Assembly: GCF_000281045.1 (NCBI RefSeq)
Contig: NW_008246069.1
Span: forward strand, 337,955-401,954
Length of the DNA stretch: 64,000 bases
Reading direction: 5' to 3'
Origin: Saprolegnia diclina VS20
Lineage: Eukaryota
The position numbers were made by a program, and so were the translations under genes. Every line of letters begins with the position of its first letter. Position 1 is the first letter of the stretch. Of the stretch, positions 21,801 through 32,588 are shown in pieces. The notes below the pieces were generated by a model that had not been told where the DNA came from, did no database searches, and was given only the letters and a program-made list of their open reading frames with translations.

Positions 21801-23040
21801 CTTCCGTCGGCTCGCACGGCACCGAGGCGCACACGTTCACCTCTGGCTCTTCCGACGGCAGGTTTGTCGTGCTGAGCTCGAACGGGTTTCGGGGCGCGAG
21901 GGTAAAGCCTGTGCCTGCTTCGTCATGGGACGTGGTGGACGTCGCTGTCGACTGCAGGAGCGCTGCAAACTCGAGGCGACGCCTTGTTCGCTCGGCGACG
22001 TGGATCTGCTGTTGCAGTACGTCGTCTTGCTGAAGCTCTAGCTTCCACTGCTTCATGAGCGCTCGGTCGCACTGCTCGTTTTCGTCCATCGCCTGGCCAT
22101 CCTCACGGTCGTTGTCCGGCGATTTTGAGAAATGGACATGGGATGCTATGGACGGCGGTGCATCGAGTGGCGCTGCACGACGCTTCATGGACTGCCGGGC
22201 GCGCTGCCACTCGTCGTCGGTATCGGACTCGGAGCTTGACACTGCGCCTTCGTCCTCGAAAGGGCTGCGTGGAGGTGACAAGCGCTGCTCCGTCTGTACG
22301 ATCGGCAAGGCGGGTGTGGATGCCACGCCATCGCTTTGGCCCAGGGCTCGTGCGGCGACGACCGGCGGTGGTGGCGGTGGCCGCAACGGAGAGGCCACGA
22401 CAGTCGGTGGCGGCAAGGACGCCGATCGGAGCTCTGTCGTAGTCGCATCGCTGGGCGTTGGAGGTGACACCATAATGTTGTCCATGCTGCGGTTGCTCTG
22501 GCTCTTGAGGCGGCTACGAGCAAATGCGTGGTCCAAGCTCGCCAAGTACGCGTCTTGATCCGCATGATCCTTGTACGAAGCATATTCGGCGTCAAACGCA
22601 GCCATGTCTTCGTCGTCGTGTGTGCTCATGACGTTGGTCGGATCATCGAGGTACGAGAGCACCCACTGCATTTCACTGTTGGTCGTCGGCAGTGGGACAA
22701 TGATGTCGCTCAGAAGCGCATCCAGATCAGTTTCGCTGAGCGGCAGCTCGAGGCGCAGCAACGGACTTGGCGCAATTTCCTTGACAACACTAGACACCGC
22801 ATCATTGTCGTCATTGTCGTCATCGTCGTCATCTTCGTCCGCTCCGTCGGCGTAGCGCTCGAGCTCCTGCCACTTGGCCGCGCACGTGGCCGCGTTGATC
22901 GGGGCTTCCTGGCTCAAGGCCAGCCGGCGCGCCTTGGGCAGACGCGCGCAAAGCGCTGCAGCCGCGAGCTCAAAGTCGTACGCGTACTCAAAGACGCATT
23001 GCTGCAGCAGGTCTTGGTCGCGCTCGGTCCACGCCTCCAT
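18877..23040 (-). CDS. Protein with multiple degenerate nucleoside-diphosphate-kinase-like domains and a long acidic N-terminus (DNAAF8/C16orf71-like); about 7 exons
   Basis: NDK-like segments LVLALRGHTAVATLR..VYVSHG..AKRDV, LVLVKPHA..LARDGF, LQELVGPADPEDAK..SLIAGYGVDALHNA and MALAMERDNAVSR. Exons join in frame through GT-AG introns. Confidence 0.65.
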
Positions 23041-23362
23041 GCGCCTGTTGCGATCCAGAAATGGATCTTAATTCTCAAACTCAATCGCATGAATCTATTC
23101 ATTTGCACAGGCTTATCCGGCGATTAAACCGTTGGACCTGGACCCCAGGTCGGGTTAAAGTACACTAAGTGCGAAGGGAGCGCACTTAGACCAGAAAAGG
23201 CGTTATGTCGCGGTAGAATACCTTGGCTTTTGTATGCTCTAGATCGTACTTTATCGGGTTCTGAATTTATTTCTTAAACCAGCTGGTCAAAGGAAATATC
23301 TTGGGCGAAATCCAGTCACACACAATTTCTTTGGCCTTCTTCCAGCCACATCCTCCTCGACC

Positions 23363-24712
23363 ATGCAAGCTGCCCGCCCGACCGCGTCGACGCTGCAGCG
23401 CCGCTTCGCCAGCACCATCAAGAAGGTGCATGCGCGTGAGATCATCGACTCGCGCGGCAACCCGACGGTCGAAGTCGACTTGACGACCGAGCATGGCCTC
23501 TTCCGCGCGTCGGTTCCGTCGGGTGCATCCACGGGCATCCACGAAGCAGTCGAGCTCCGCGACGGTGGCAAGCGCTACCTCGGCAAGGGCGTGACGCAGG
23601 CCGTCAACAATGTCAAGAACATCCTTGGCCCCAAGCTCGAGGGCATGGACCCGACCAAGCAGGTGGACATTGATCAGCTCATGCGCGACCTCGATGGCAC
23701 GGACAACAAGGGCAAGCTTGGCGCCAACGCGATCCTCGGTGTCTCGCTCGCGGTCGCCAAGGCCGGCGCGCGCGCCAAGGGCGTCCCGCTCTTCCAGCAC
23801 TTTGCCGACATGATTGGCAACGACAAGCTCGTGCTGCCCGTGCCCGCCTTCAACGTCATCAACGGCGGGTCGCACGCCGGCAACGCGCTTGCGTTCCAGG
23901 AGTTTATGATCCTCCCGACGGGCGCGGCGTCGTTCTCGGAGGCCATGGCCATGGGCTGCGAAGTCTACCACCACCTCAAGGGCGTCATCAAGAACAAGTA
24001 CGGCCAGGACGCGACCAACGTCGGTGACGAAGGTGGCTTTGCGCCCAACATTCAGAGCAACCGCGAAGGCGTCGAGCTCCTCATGTCGGCCATTGAGAAG
24101 GCGGGCTACAGCGGCAAGATTGAGATTGGCATGGACGTGGCCTCGTCCGAGTTTTACACGGCCGACGGTCGCTACGACCTCAACTTCAAGAACAAGTCGA
24201 GCACGGACGAGCCGCTCACGGGCGCCGCCCTTGGCCAGCTCTACAAGGACTTGGCGCGCGAGTTCCCGATCGTCTCGATCGAGGACCCCTTTGACCAGGA
24301 CGACTGGGAGAACTACCAGGCGTTCACGGCCGCGATCGGCAAGGACGTCCAGGTGGTCGGCGACGATCTTCTCTGCACCAACCCGACGCGCATCGCCAAG
24401 GCTGTCGAGCTCAGCGCCTGCAACGCACTCCTTCTCAAGGTCAACCAGATTGGCACGGTCACTGAGAGTGTTCAGGCCGTCTCGGACGCCAAGAAGGCGG
24501 GCTGGGGCGTCATGACGAGCCACCGCTCGGGCGAAACCGAGGACTCGTACATTGCCGACCTCGCTGTCGGTCTCTCGACGGGCCAGATCAAGACGGGCGC
24601 CCCGTGCCGCTCGGAGCGCCTCGCCAAGTACAACCAACTCCTCCGCATTGAAGAGATGCTCGGCCGCAGCGCCGTGTACGCTGGCAAGAACTTCCGCAAC
24701 CCGACCGCGTAA
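23363..24712 (+). CDS. ENO: Enolase with a predicted mitochondrial presequence; intronless
   Basis: Motifs [63 protein letters not shown]-terminal extension [17 protein letters not shown]. Confidence 0.98.
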   Translation: MQAARPTASTLQRRFASTIKKVHAREIIDSRGNPTVEVDLTTEHGLFRASVPSGASTGIHEAVELRDGGKRYLGKGVTQAVNNVKNILGPKLEGMDPTKQVDIDQLMRDLDGTDNKGKLGANAILGVSLAVAKAGARAKGVPLFQHFADMIGNDKLVLPVPAFNVINGGSHAGNALAFQEFMILPTGAASFSEAMAMGCEVYHHLKGVIKNKYGQDATNVGDEGGFAPNIQSNREGVELLMSAIEKAGYSGKIEIGMDVASSEFYTADGRYDLNFKNKSSTDEPLTGAALGQLYKDLAREFPIVSIEDPFDQDDWENYQAFTAAIGKDVQVVGDDLLCTNPTRIAKAVELSACNALLLKVNQIGTVTESVQAVSDAKKAGWGVMTSHRSGETEDSYIADLAVGLSTGQIKTGAPCRSERLAKYNQLLRIEEMLGRSAVYAGKNFRNPTA

Positions 24713-24899
24713 ACACTGTCTTCTAACCTAACGTAAACACCCCTCTTCGTCCTCTATCGACGTCTTCGCCTCCCGTCGCGCCTTCCTGTCCAGCCATGCT
24801 ACCTGCATCCGTCGACGCTCCAGCAACGCTGCGTCAGCATCCGCATGGAATTCGATGTTGCTTGATTTCCAATCTGACGTGGCGTGCGTCTAGCCACAG

Positions 24900-24942
24900 T
24901 ATCCGGATGTAGTATGGTATCCGGATGTACTTTATCCGGATG
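24900..24942. promoter_or_regulatory. Three tandem TATCCGGATG motifs upstream of WDR63
   Basis: Exact copies at 24900, 24918 and 24933, 50-90 bp before ATG 24993. The same motif recurs at other promoters. Confidence 0.5.
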
Positions 24943-24992
24943 CACGATCTTGAGGCGTCGTGGCCAGAAAGGCCGTCTTGGATTGTCGAGCG

Positions 24993-27799
24993 ATGGTTGA
25001 GAAGCTGGCGCCGCTGCCGGGCACGAAGCCGCTCATGATCTCGATGCGGGAGATGGACACGCTCGGGCTCAAGACGGGTCCGGGGCTCAAGGACACGATC
25101 GACTTCAAGCTCTTTGAGAAGCAAGCCATTTTGGACGAGATTGCTCAAGTCGGCTTCATGTGCCCGTTCCATGCGATCCGCGCCGACATTGCCAAGCTCG
25201 AATGCGCCGAGTTGCTGCTGGTCGCTGACCGCGACGAAGTATATGGCGAAAACTGGTTCGTCTGCGTGCGTCAAGCCGCGTACGAAGCGCAGATGGCGCT
25301 CATCAATGGCCGACTCGCGGCCGCCGAGGCCGCCGCCGAGAGCAAAGACGACGAGAAGAAGCCGAGTGAAGACGAGCTCCTCGAGATGATCCAGTACGAA
25401 GACAAGCCGTTCATTGCGCACCCGTGGGTGTCGTCGACCGCCGACGAGACCCACGACCAAGTGCGGTCGCTGACTGTCCGCGCAGCGCGGCCCGTCATTA
25501 GCATGTCGATCACGCGCCGCACCGAAGAGTTCAATGCCGACTACAAGTTTAGCGATCGAGATGCGGACCAGTGCTTTGTCGAGTGCCGCCAGCACAAGGA
25601 CCCAAACTACGATCTCTCGCGCGTCGAGCAAGACATTGGTCTCCAGGGGATCCCCGACCTCGTGGACAATGCGACGCAGACATCGTGGTTCCGCGCGGTC
25701 AACTCGGCGCTGCAGTACGAGCCGATCAAAGTACCGAGCGAGGCGTGTGAGCGCGAGCTCCAGTCGTCGCGGCTGCAAACCTTTTTGGCCAACGTCTTGC
25801 CGCGCATGGAGGAGGCGCTGCAGCAGAACGAGACACTCGACATCTTCCTCGACCCGCTCCAGACGATGCTCGAAGAAGAGACGGGCGGCCAGCACAAGGC
25901 CGAGAACAGCATCAAGGAGCTTCGGACGTTTACGGATCTCATCTACTCGAAGAACAAGACGCTGCCGTCGATCGATTGGCATCCCAAGAAGACGGGTGTC
26001 ATTGCCGTCGCGGCGTCGACGAATGCGTCGTTCTCCAAGCGCGAAGATGCCACCGACAAGGTATGTCGACGGGTGTTCGGAGAGGGTGCCAACGGAGTCG
26101 GTTCTAGGTCGAGGGGTCGTATGTGCTCATTTGGAACTTTGCCGACCTCATCCACCCACAGCTCATGATCGAAGCCCCCCAAGACGTCATGGCCATTCGC
26201 TTCAACCCGACGCAGCCAGGTATCATCGCGGGTGGTCTCTTCAACGGCCAAGTGTGCGTCTGGGACATCTCCAAGGCCGAGGCGCAAATGACCAAGAAGA
26301 AGCAAAAGAGCGGCCACGCCAGTGAAGAAACAACCAAGGCGATCCCGCCCGTCAAGCCGCTCCATACCTCGTACATTGATTTGAGCCACCGACGGTCGGT
26401 CGCGGACCTCGTGTGGCTGCCCGCCGGCATGGAAATCACAAACCGCGGGCACCTCGTATCGACGCCCGACACGGTGTCGCACCAGTTTCTGACCGTGGCC
26501 GGCGACGGGCAAGTGTGCTTCTGGGACCTCCGCTTTAAGGACCCTAAGTACCGCATGGCCAACCACAACCGCATCAAGGCGGAAAAATCCCAAATGAAGG
26601 CTAGCAAAGGTCGTCGGCTCCTGTCCCAGCACAGCAAAATGCGTACTCAGATATGCGTAGATGCCAAAGATGCGGGGCCCGTCGAAGTCCTCTTCACGCC
26701 GCTCTACTCGATTGCGCTGACCAAAGTCGACGGCGCGGGCGAGCTCGGGCTCAAGTGCATTGTCATGGAAAAGACCAAGGACGACCAGGTGCAACCAACG
26801 TATCCACTGGATCGTATATTTACGAAAATACTCGTATAGCCATCGAGCCGGCTCTACTGCGGGACGGAAGAAGGTGAATTCTTGCTCGCGGATTGGCGCC
26901 CGCACGCTTCCAAGGACGACGATGGACCCAGCAGCAGCAGCAACAACAACTCGTCCGAGGACAGTGTCGAGTACGTTCAGTGGGCGTGCCACGATCACTT
27001 TCGAACGACCGTGAGTTTGAGTCGATCGCCGTTCTTTCCGCACATTCAATTGACGGTCAGCGAAGCGAATTTCCACATTTGGAACGTCGCTGGTGGCTCC
27101 TCGTCGTCCAACACGCCGATCTTCATATCGCCCTTCTCCCTCGCGCCGCTCATGTGCGGCTGCTTCTCGCCGACGCGACCGGGTGTTCTCTACATTGGCA
27201 AGGCCGACGGCGTTCTTGAAGTGTGGGATCTCTTGGACCAATCCCACCGCGCGTCCTTCTCGTGCAGCATCGCGGCGTGTTCGCTCACCACGCTCGAGTT
27301 TCGGCAGACGCAGGTGGTGGCGCCGGCGCCAGCGCCCACCGTCAACGCCGCGAATGCGATGGGCAAGACCCAGGCGGCACCCGTCGCGAATGCGGCAACC
27401 CAAGCCCCCAAGCAGCAGCTGCTCGCCGTCGGCGACGTCAATGGCAACTTGCACATTCTCGAGATTCCACGAACGCTTTCGCGCGGCTCGGCGGGCGAGC
27501 GCCAGATCATCGAGGGTTACTTCAAGCGCGAGATCGCACGGGTCAAAGCCGTTGCCGAGTACGCCGATGTGGCCATGCGCGCCGCCAACGTGATTGCCAA
27601 CGCTGCGTCCAACAATGGCAACAGCAACAACAACAGCAGCAACACTGGGACGTCGACGCCAGCGACCACGACCAAGCCTCCGGTCGCCGCCGACGCCGAA
27701 GACGATCTCTTCAAAAAGATGGAAAAGGAGTTCCGGCAAGAGCTTGGCATCGATGACAAGTACGTCGAGCAGCTCATGAAGAGTAAGCAAAACAACTAG
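24993..27799 (+). CDS. WDR63: WD40 axonemal dynein intermediate chain, WDR63/DNAI3 (IC140-like); about 4 exons
   Basis: Motifs NATQTSWFRAVNSALQYEP, EEALQQNETLDIF, FTDLIYSKNK, LIHPQLMIEAP, SHRRSVADLVWLP, FSPTRPGVLYIG, LLAVGDVNGNLHILEIP. Confidence 0.85.
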
Positions 27800-28085
27800 G
27801 CGACTACTACTGTACAGTAGTACAGGTAGCATCACTTTGTCTGTACATGTATATCGTACCAGTTTCCAAGGTGCATCTTCGCTTTACCAACTTGGTCAGT
27901 GCATATTGGTGGCACGCGACACCATCCCTCGCCATCAATAGACTCCGCCTGACCCGAAAACTCAGGTCTTATTGTGGAGTCGTGTCCGCGTGCCACGTCA
28001 TAAAGTGCAAAGATGTGCAAAGATGACGCAATAACATCCGGATACGCTGCCAATGAATTATACGGACCACTGTGCTGTGTGGAGG

Positions 28086-28544
28086 ATGACGGTCGTCGAG
28101 TACGCGCAGTATGGCACCGAGGCCGAGCTCCCGGAGATCATGAGCCTCTTCGAGAAGGACCTCTCGGAGCCCTACTCGGTGTACACGTACCGGTACTTTC
28201 TCTACAGCTGGCCCGAGCTCTGCATCCTCGCGCGCGCCGAAGGCGTCATTGTCGGCGCGATCGTCTGCCGCCTCGAGGACACCCAAGGCGTCCTCAAGGG
28301 CTACATCGCGATGTTAGCCGTCGAGAAGAGCTTCCGCAAGCATGGCATCGGGTCTGCGCTCGTCCAGAAGGCCATCGACCAGATGATGCGCATGCACTGC
28401 GACGAAGTCGTGCTCGAGACTGAGATCACCAACGTGGCCGCGATCCGCTTGTACCAAAACTTGGGCTTTGTCAAGGACGAGCGGCTCCTCAAGTACTACC
28501 TCAACGGTGTCGACGCCTTCCGCCTCAAGCTATGGATGCATTAA
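28086..28544 (+). CDS. NAA30: N-alpha-acetyltransferase 30 (NatC catalytic subunit, Mak3)
   Basis: Motifs DLSEPYSVYTYRYF, GYIAMLAV, EVVLETEITN, KYYLNGVDAFRLKLW. Confidence 0.95.
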   Translation: MTVVEYAQYGTEAELPEIMSLFEKDLSEPYSVYTYRYFLYSWPELCILARAEGVIVGAIVCRLEDTQGVLKGYIAMLAVEKSFRKHGIGSALVQKAIDQMMRMHCDEVVLETEITNVAAIRLYQNLGFVKDERLLKYYLNGVDAFRLKLWMH

Positions 28545-28673
28545 CACGATCGACGTGCGTACACCATCATCCTCGTCCTTGCTCTTCTCGCGACCTCAAG
28601 GAAGTTGGGCCGTCAGCGCTTGCGATAGACACTTGAGCATGGAAGAGGCATGTACTATAAAGGTCGGAGTCGA

Positions 28674-31410
28674 CTAGGTAACAAAGTGTAGCAGCGTCTT
28701 GTTCTCACTCCACTGGAGGACCTGGAGCGTCTCGTACTGCTCGATGCAAGCCTTGAGCTGCACGTTCGTGTACCCCTTCCGGATCACAATGGGCTCAATG
28801 TCGCTGTAGTTGACGCTCATCTCGCCGCGATCGCGCGCAAAGTCGAGGATCAAGCGGTAAATCTTCGAGTTGGCGTCCATCGAGCTCTTGGGACGTCCAT
28901 GCGCCCCATGCTCTTCATCCTGGAGCGACGACTTGGAGACGTAAACCAATCGAATCGCTTCGTCCACGTCGGCCGTGACCACCTACGCACGCTTCCATAC
29001 GCTATTGAATGAGACGTCAAGCACGTACGGTGGACGAGAAGCGAAGGCGGGCGAGCGCCTGCGAGAGGCGTAGGATACTGAGGAGCTGGCGCGCGGTCAT
29101 CGCGGTCTGCGCGTCGTTGGCCGAGTCTTGCTGCTGGCGCAGTGTGACATAGGCCTCGACGATGTAGCTGCAGAGGCTTTCAGGGATCGCTGGTACATAC
29201 TGCTTGGCGACCGCGATAAAGTACCGCAGCACGTCCGAGCGGACAGGGTCGAACGCCATCTCGGGGTTCTTGCTATGCATGGATCGTTTGAATATCAATG
29301 TTTCAAGGTATCGAGGTACCAAAAGCGGTGAACATAAGTCACGTGGCGAGCAAGCGCTTCGTCCTTGTCGTACTGCGCCGTGTCGAGGATGAGAAAGAGC
29401 AGATCGAAGCGACTCAAGAGCGCGTTGGGGAGGTTGATGTTTTGCGATGCGGTCAGCTTCTTGTTGTACCGGCCGTAAATCGGGTTGGCCGCCGCGAGCA
29501 CCGACGTCCGCGCGTTGAGCGTCGTCGTAATACCGGCTTTAGCAATGCTCACGGTCTGCTGCTCCATGACCTACACATCTTCCGCTTGGTACTTGCCCTT
29601 GATACAGAAGCAGAGTCTCAACCTCGTGGATGGCCGTGCGGTCGCCCTCTTCCATCTTGTCAAACTCGTCGATGCAGCAAATGCCCATGTCGGCCAGCAC
29701 GAGTGCGCCGCCTTCGAGCGTCATCTCCTTGGTGATCTGGTCGCGCACGACCGCGGCCGTGAGACCGACGCCGCTGCTGCCCTTGCCCGTTGTGTAGATG
29801 CCTCGCGGGCTCACGGTCGCAATGTGTTTGAGGAGCTGACTCTTGGCCACACCAGGGTCGCCCATCAGGAGTACGTTGATGTCGCCGCGGACCTTCATGC
29901 CTTCGTCCATGCGCTTGGTGACGCCGCCAATCATGAGCAACAGCAGTGCTTTCTTGACGTCTTCATGGCCGTAGATTTCGGGCGCGATCGACTGCGAGAG
30001 GATCGAGTAGAGCTCGGGCGACTCTTGGAGGCGCTCGACTTCGGTCTCCATGTCTTCGGACGCGTCCATGGCGCTGTACCGCTTCTTGTGGTTGATGACG
30101 TGCATGGCCTCGAGGTACGTCTCGGTGATGAGGCCGACTTGCATTTGACGCTGGGGGCTGTACGGCAGCGGAAGGAAGATGCCGCAGATGGTAATGAGCG
30201 CACCGGGTTCGCACGACCGGGTGAGCTCGCCGCGGAGGTACACGGTGAGCGACCGGGGAATGTGGCCCATGGGTACTTGGTCCGGCAGTTCCTACATCGA
30301 TCAGTTGCTGGACGAGCAAGATACAGTCGATCGTACTTGAAACTTGACTTCTTGAAACTTTTGAAACTTGGAAGCCTTGGTTTGCATGAGGAGTCGGCCG
30401 TTGGTCTTGTTGACTTTGCACTTTTCGCTCGGGCACTGGACGAGCGGGTTGAAGTTGCGCGACTTGACCTCTTGGTAGACTTCAAACGAGCACACTTCGC
30501 ACGTGTACGTCGCGACGATCACGAGCGGCTTGACGTTCGAGACTCGCGTCACCATGCCCTTGATGCGCACGAGGCTGCCAACCTTGGACGCCTTCACCTC
30601 GCGGATCGGGACCGGCTTGGTCTTGACGCCCGGCACAAGTCTACATGCATATGACATGCATCAATCAAGAGGCAAGAGCGTACTGCAGCTCAAAGCGGCG
30701 CATGAGGGCCGGCGGAAAAACGGTCGCAAGGTCGACGGGCGCGTCGTTCTCGGTCGCCGCCTCTTGCACGCGGTGGAGGCGGAGGACGTCGAGGACGTCG
30801 TGGGCCTCCGAGATGTCGCGCGACGGCGGCGGAAGGATGTCGTCGACTGCGTCTGAGAAGAGCGAGACGTACCGGCGCGTGTTGCGCATGACGTTGCGCA
30901 CAAAGTCCTCGTCGTTCTCAAACTACATGTTTGGTGTCGTAAGCAGCGGCGATCCAAGGGCGCATGTACCGAGAGGACGTCGTCGAGCGCGATCGTGACG
31001 GTTGTGCGCTGGCGGTCGGCGACCTCTTGCTATCGCAAGCGTGAGTGCACGGGGTCGAGCGAGGACCTTGTACGTACGAGCATGTCTTCGTACTTGCGCG
31101 CGCCAGAGAGCGAGTCGACATAGTTGCGCAGAAAGTGGAGGCATTTCTCTGCGGCGACCATGAGACCATTATGCTGCGGCGAGATGGGGCACGTACCTTT
31201 TTCTTCCAGGTAGTTGGGAAAGCCGGCCATGGCCATCCCGCCGCCGGTGCCAGTGCTACCGCTTCCGATGCTCGCGCCGGGCGCCGACGTGGCCGACGAC
31301 GATGGCAGGCCCGGCATGACATGCTGCGAGCCGCTTCCGGGGCGCGGGAGACCCGGCATGACGTGCTGCGCGTTGCGGGCAAAGCCGGGCACGTTGCTGT
31401 ACGAGGCCAT
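28674..31410 (-). CDS. MCM7: DNA replication licensing factor MCM7; about 8 exons
   Basis: Motifs [87 protein letters not shown]. Confidence 0.95.
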
Positions 31411-31761
31411 CGAGGTCCACTTGCGAGTGTTCCAAAATATGGTCGCCCGTTGCCGCCAAAATATCCGGACGCGTATCCGGCGCAACGACTGCCGCCGCCG
31501 ATCTTGAGTTGTCGAAGAGATGGCGTCCGTATGCAAAAGCTGTCGCAATACAAGCACGCTCGGTATTCTTATCTAATCAGATAAAAAGCAACAGCACACG
31601 CGAAGAGGACGTAGAACATGCAGCGATCGGCGAGGTGTTGGTGCTGCATCTTCCCAGCTCGCGAGCTGGGCTTCGACGTGCGCATTCTTGGTGCCCATCT
31701 CTGCGAGGAGTTCCGACATGGCCATCGAAGCGAAAGATTGTGGCTGCGAGCGTCGGCTGCA

Positions 31762-32477
31762 CGCGTCGTTCGTGCTGTCCTTCATTTGGCGTCAGGCAGT
31801 AGATCAAGCACGCCCACGCAAAGCCACTTGGTCATGCTGCTGCGGCGCAGGTACATGTACTGAAAGACCCAAGTACTCCAAGGAAATGATATTAAGCCAT
31901 ACTCGTCATACCAACGTCTCGAGATCATTTGGGGCTCTGTGCGACTCGACGGCTGACCGAAACTGTGCTTAGCGACCGCCTGAAGGTGTGCTACATTGTG
32001 TACGGAGTCGAGGCTTGCCTCATGTCGTCGTGGCCCGAGATACCGTGTGGTGGGTGGTACGAGCTCTCGGACCCCAGAGTTCTTTGTATCGACGGCACGA
32101 AGGACGTGTGAAAGCTATAGCATCGCAAGGCACGGCTAATCATCTTTGATACGAGTAATTTCGTTGCACTTTGCCAGGTCATGTGCACTTTGTCAGGTCG
32201 TTGCAGTTGTTCAATTTGCCAGCAAGATGGCACACGTCGAGCTCTCGGACCCTCTCGAGCGCCTCCAGCAGCCTTCCAAGAGCCTTGGCCTCTTGAAAGG
32301 TTGCTGGAGGCGCTCGAGAGGGTCCGACAGCTGGTGGTGTGCCATGGTGCTGGTAAATTGAGTGACGAATGTGGCTCAATGCCATTCCCTTGGCGTGCAT
32401 GGAGTCTTCCAGTACCTGCGGCGCAGCAGCATGGCCAAGTGGCTTTGCGTTGATCTGCTGTCAGCACGAACGACGCG
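31762..32477. repeat. Imperfect long inverted repeat (foldback/MITE-like relic) with an internal hairpin of about 43 bp stem
   Basis: Arm 31762-31908 matches the reverse complement of 32363-32477 with indels. The hairpin at 32240-32332 has a perfect 26-bp core. Confidence 0.8.
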
Positions 32478-32588
32478 GCAGGCAAAATCGCACTTTGCAA
32501 TCTTCGCCAAAATATTTCGCATAGATTTGCACCAATCAGAAACGAGCTGGCTGTTCCGTCAAATCAAGATAGACGGCGGCAATTGACG

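Noticed and set aside
23267..24637. 456-aa antisense ORF over enolase
   Set aside because: Shadow frame produced by the GC3-biased codon usage of a highly expressed gene.
27805..27822. 18-bp perfect palindrome TACTACTGTACAGTAGTA after the WDR63 stop
   Set aside because: Low-complexity TAC/GTA words; no evidence of function.
25943..27835. 630-aa antisense ORF over WDR63 (likewise 33171-34784 and 56999-58831)
   Set aside because: Overlap well-supported genes and give low-information translations.
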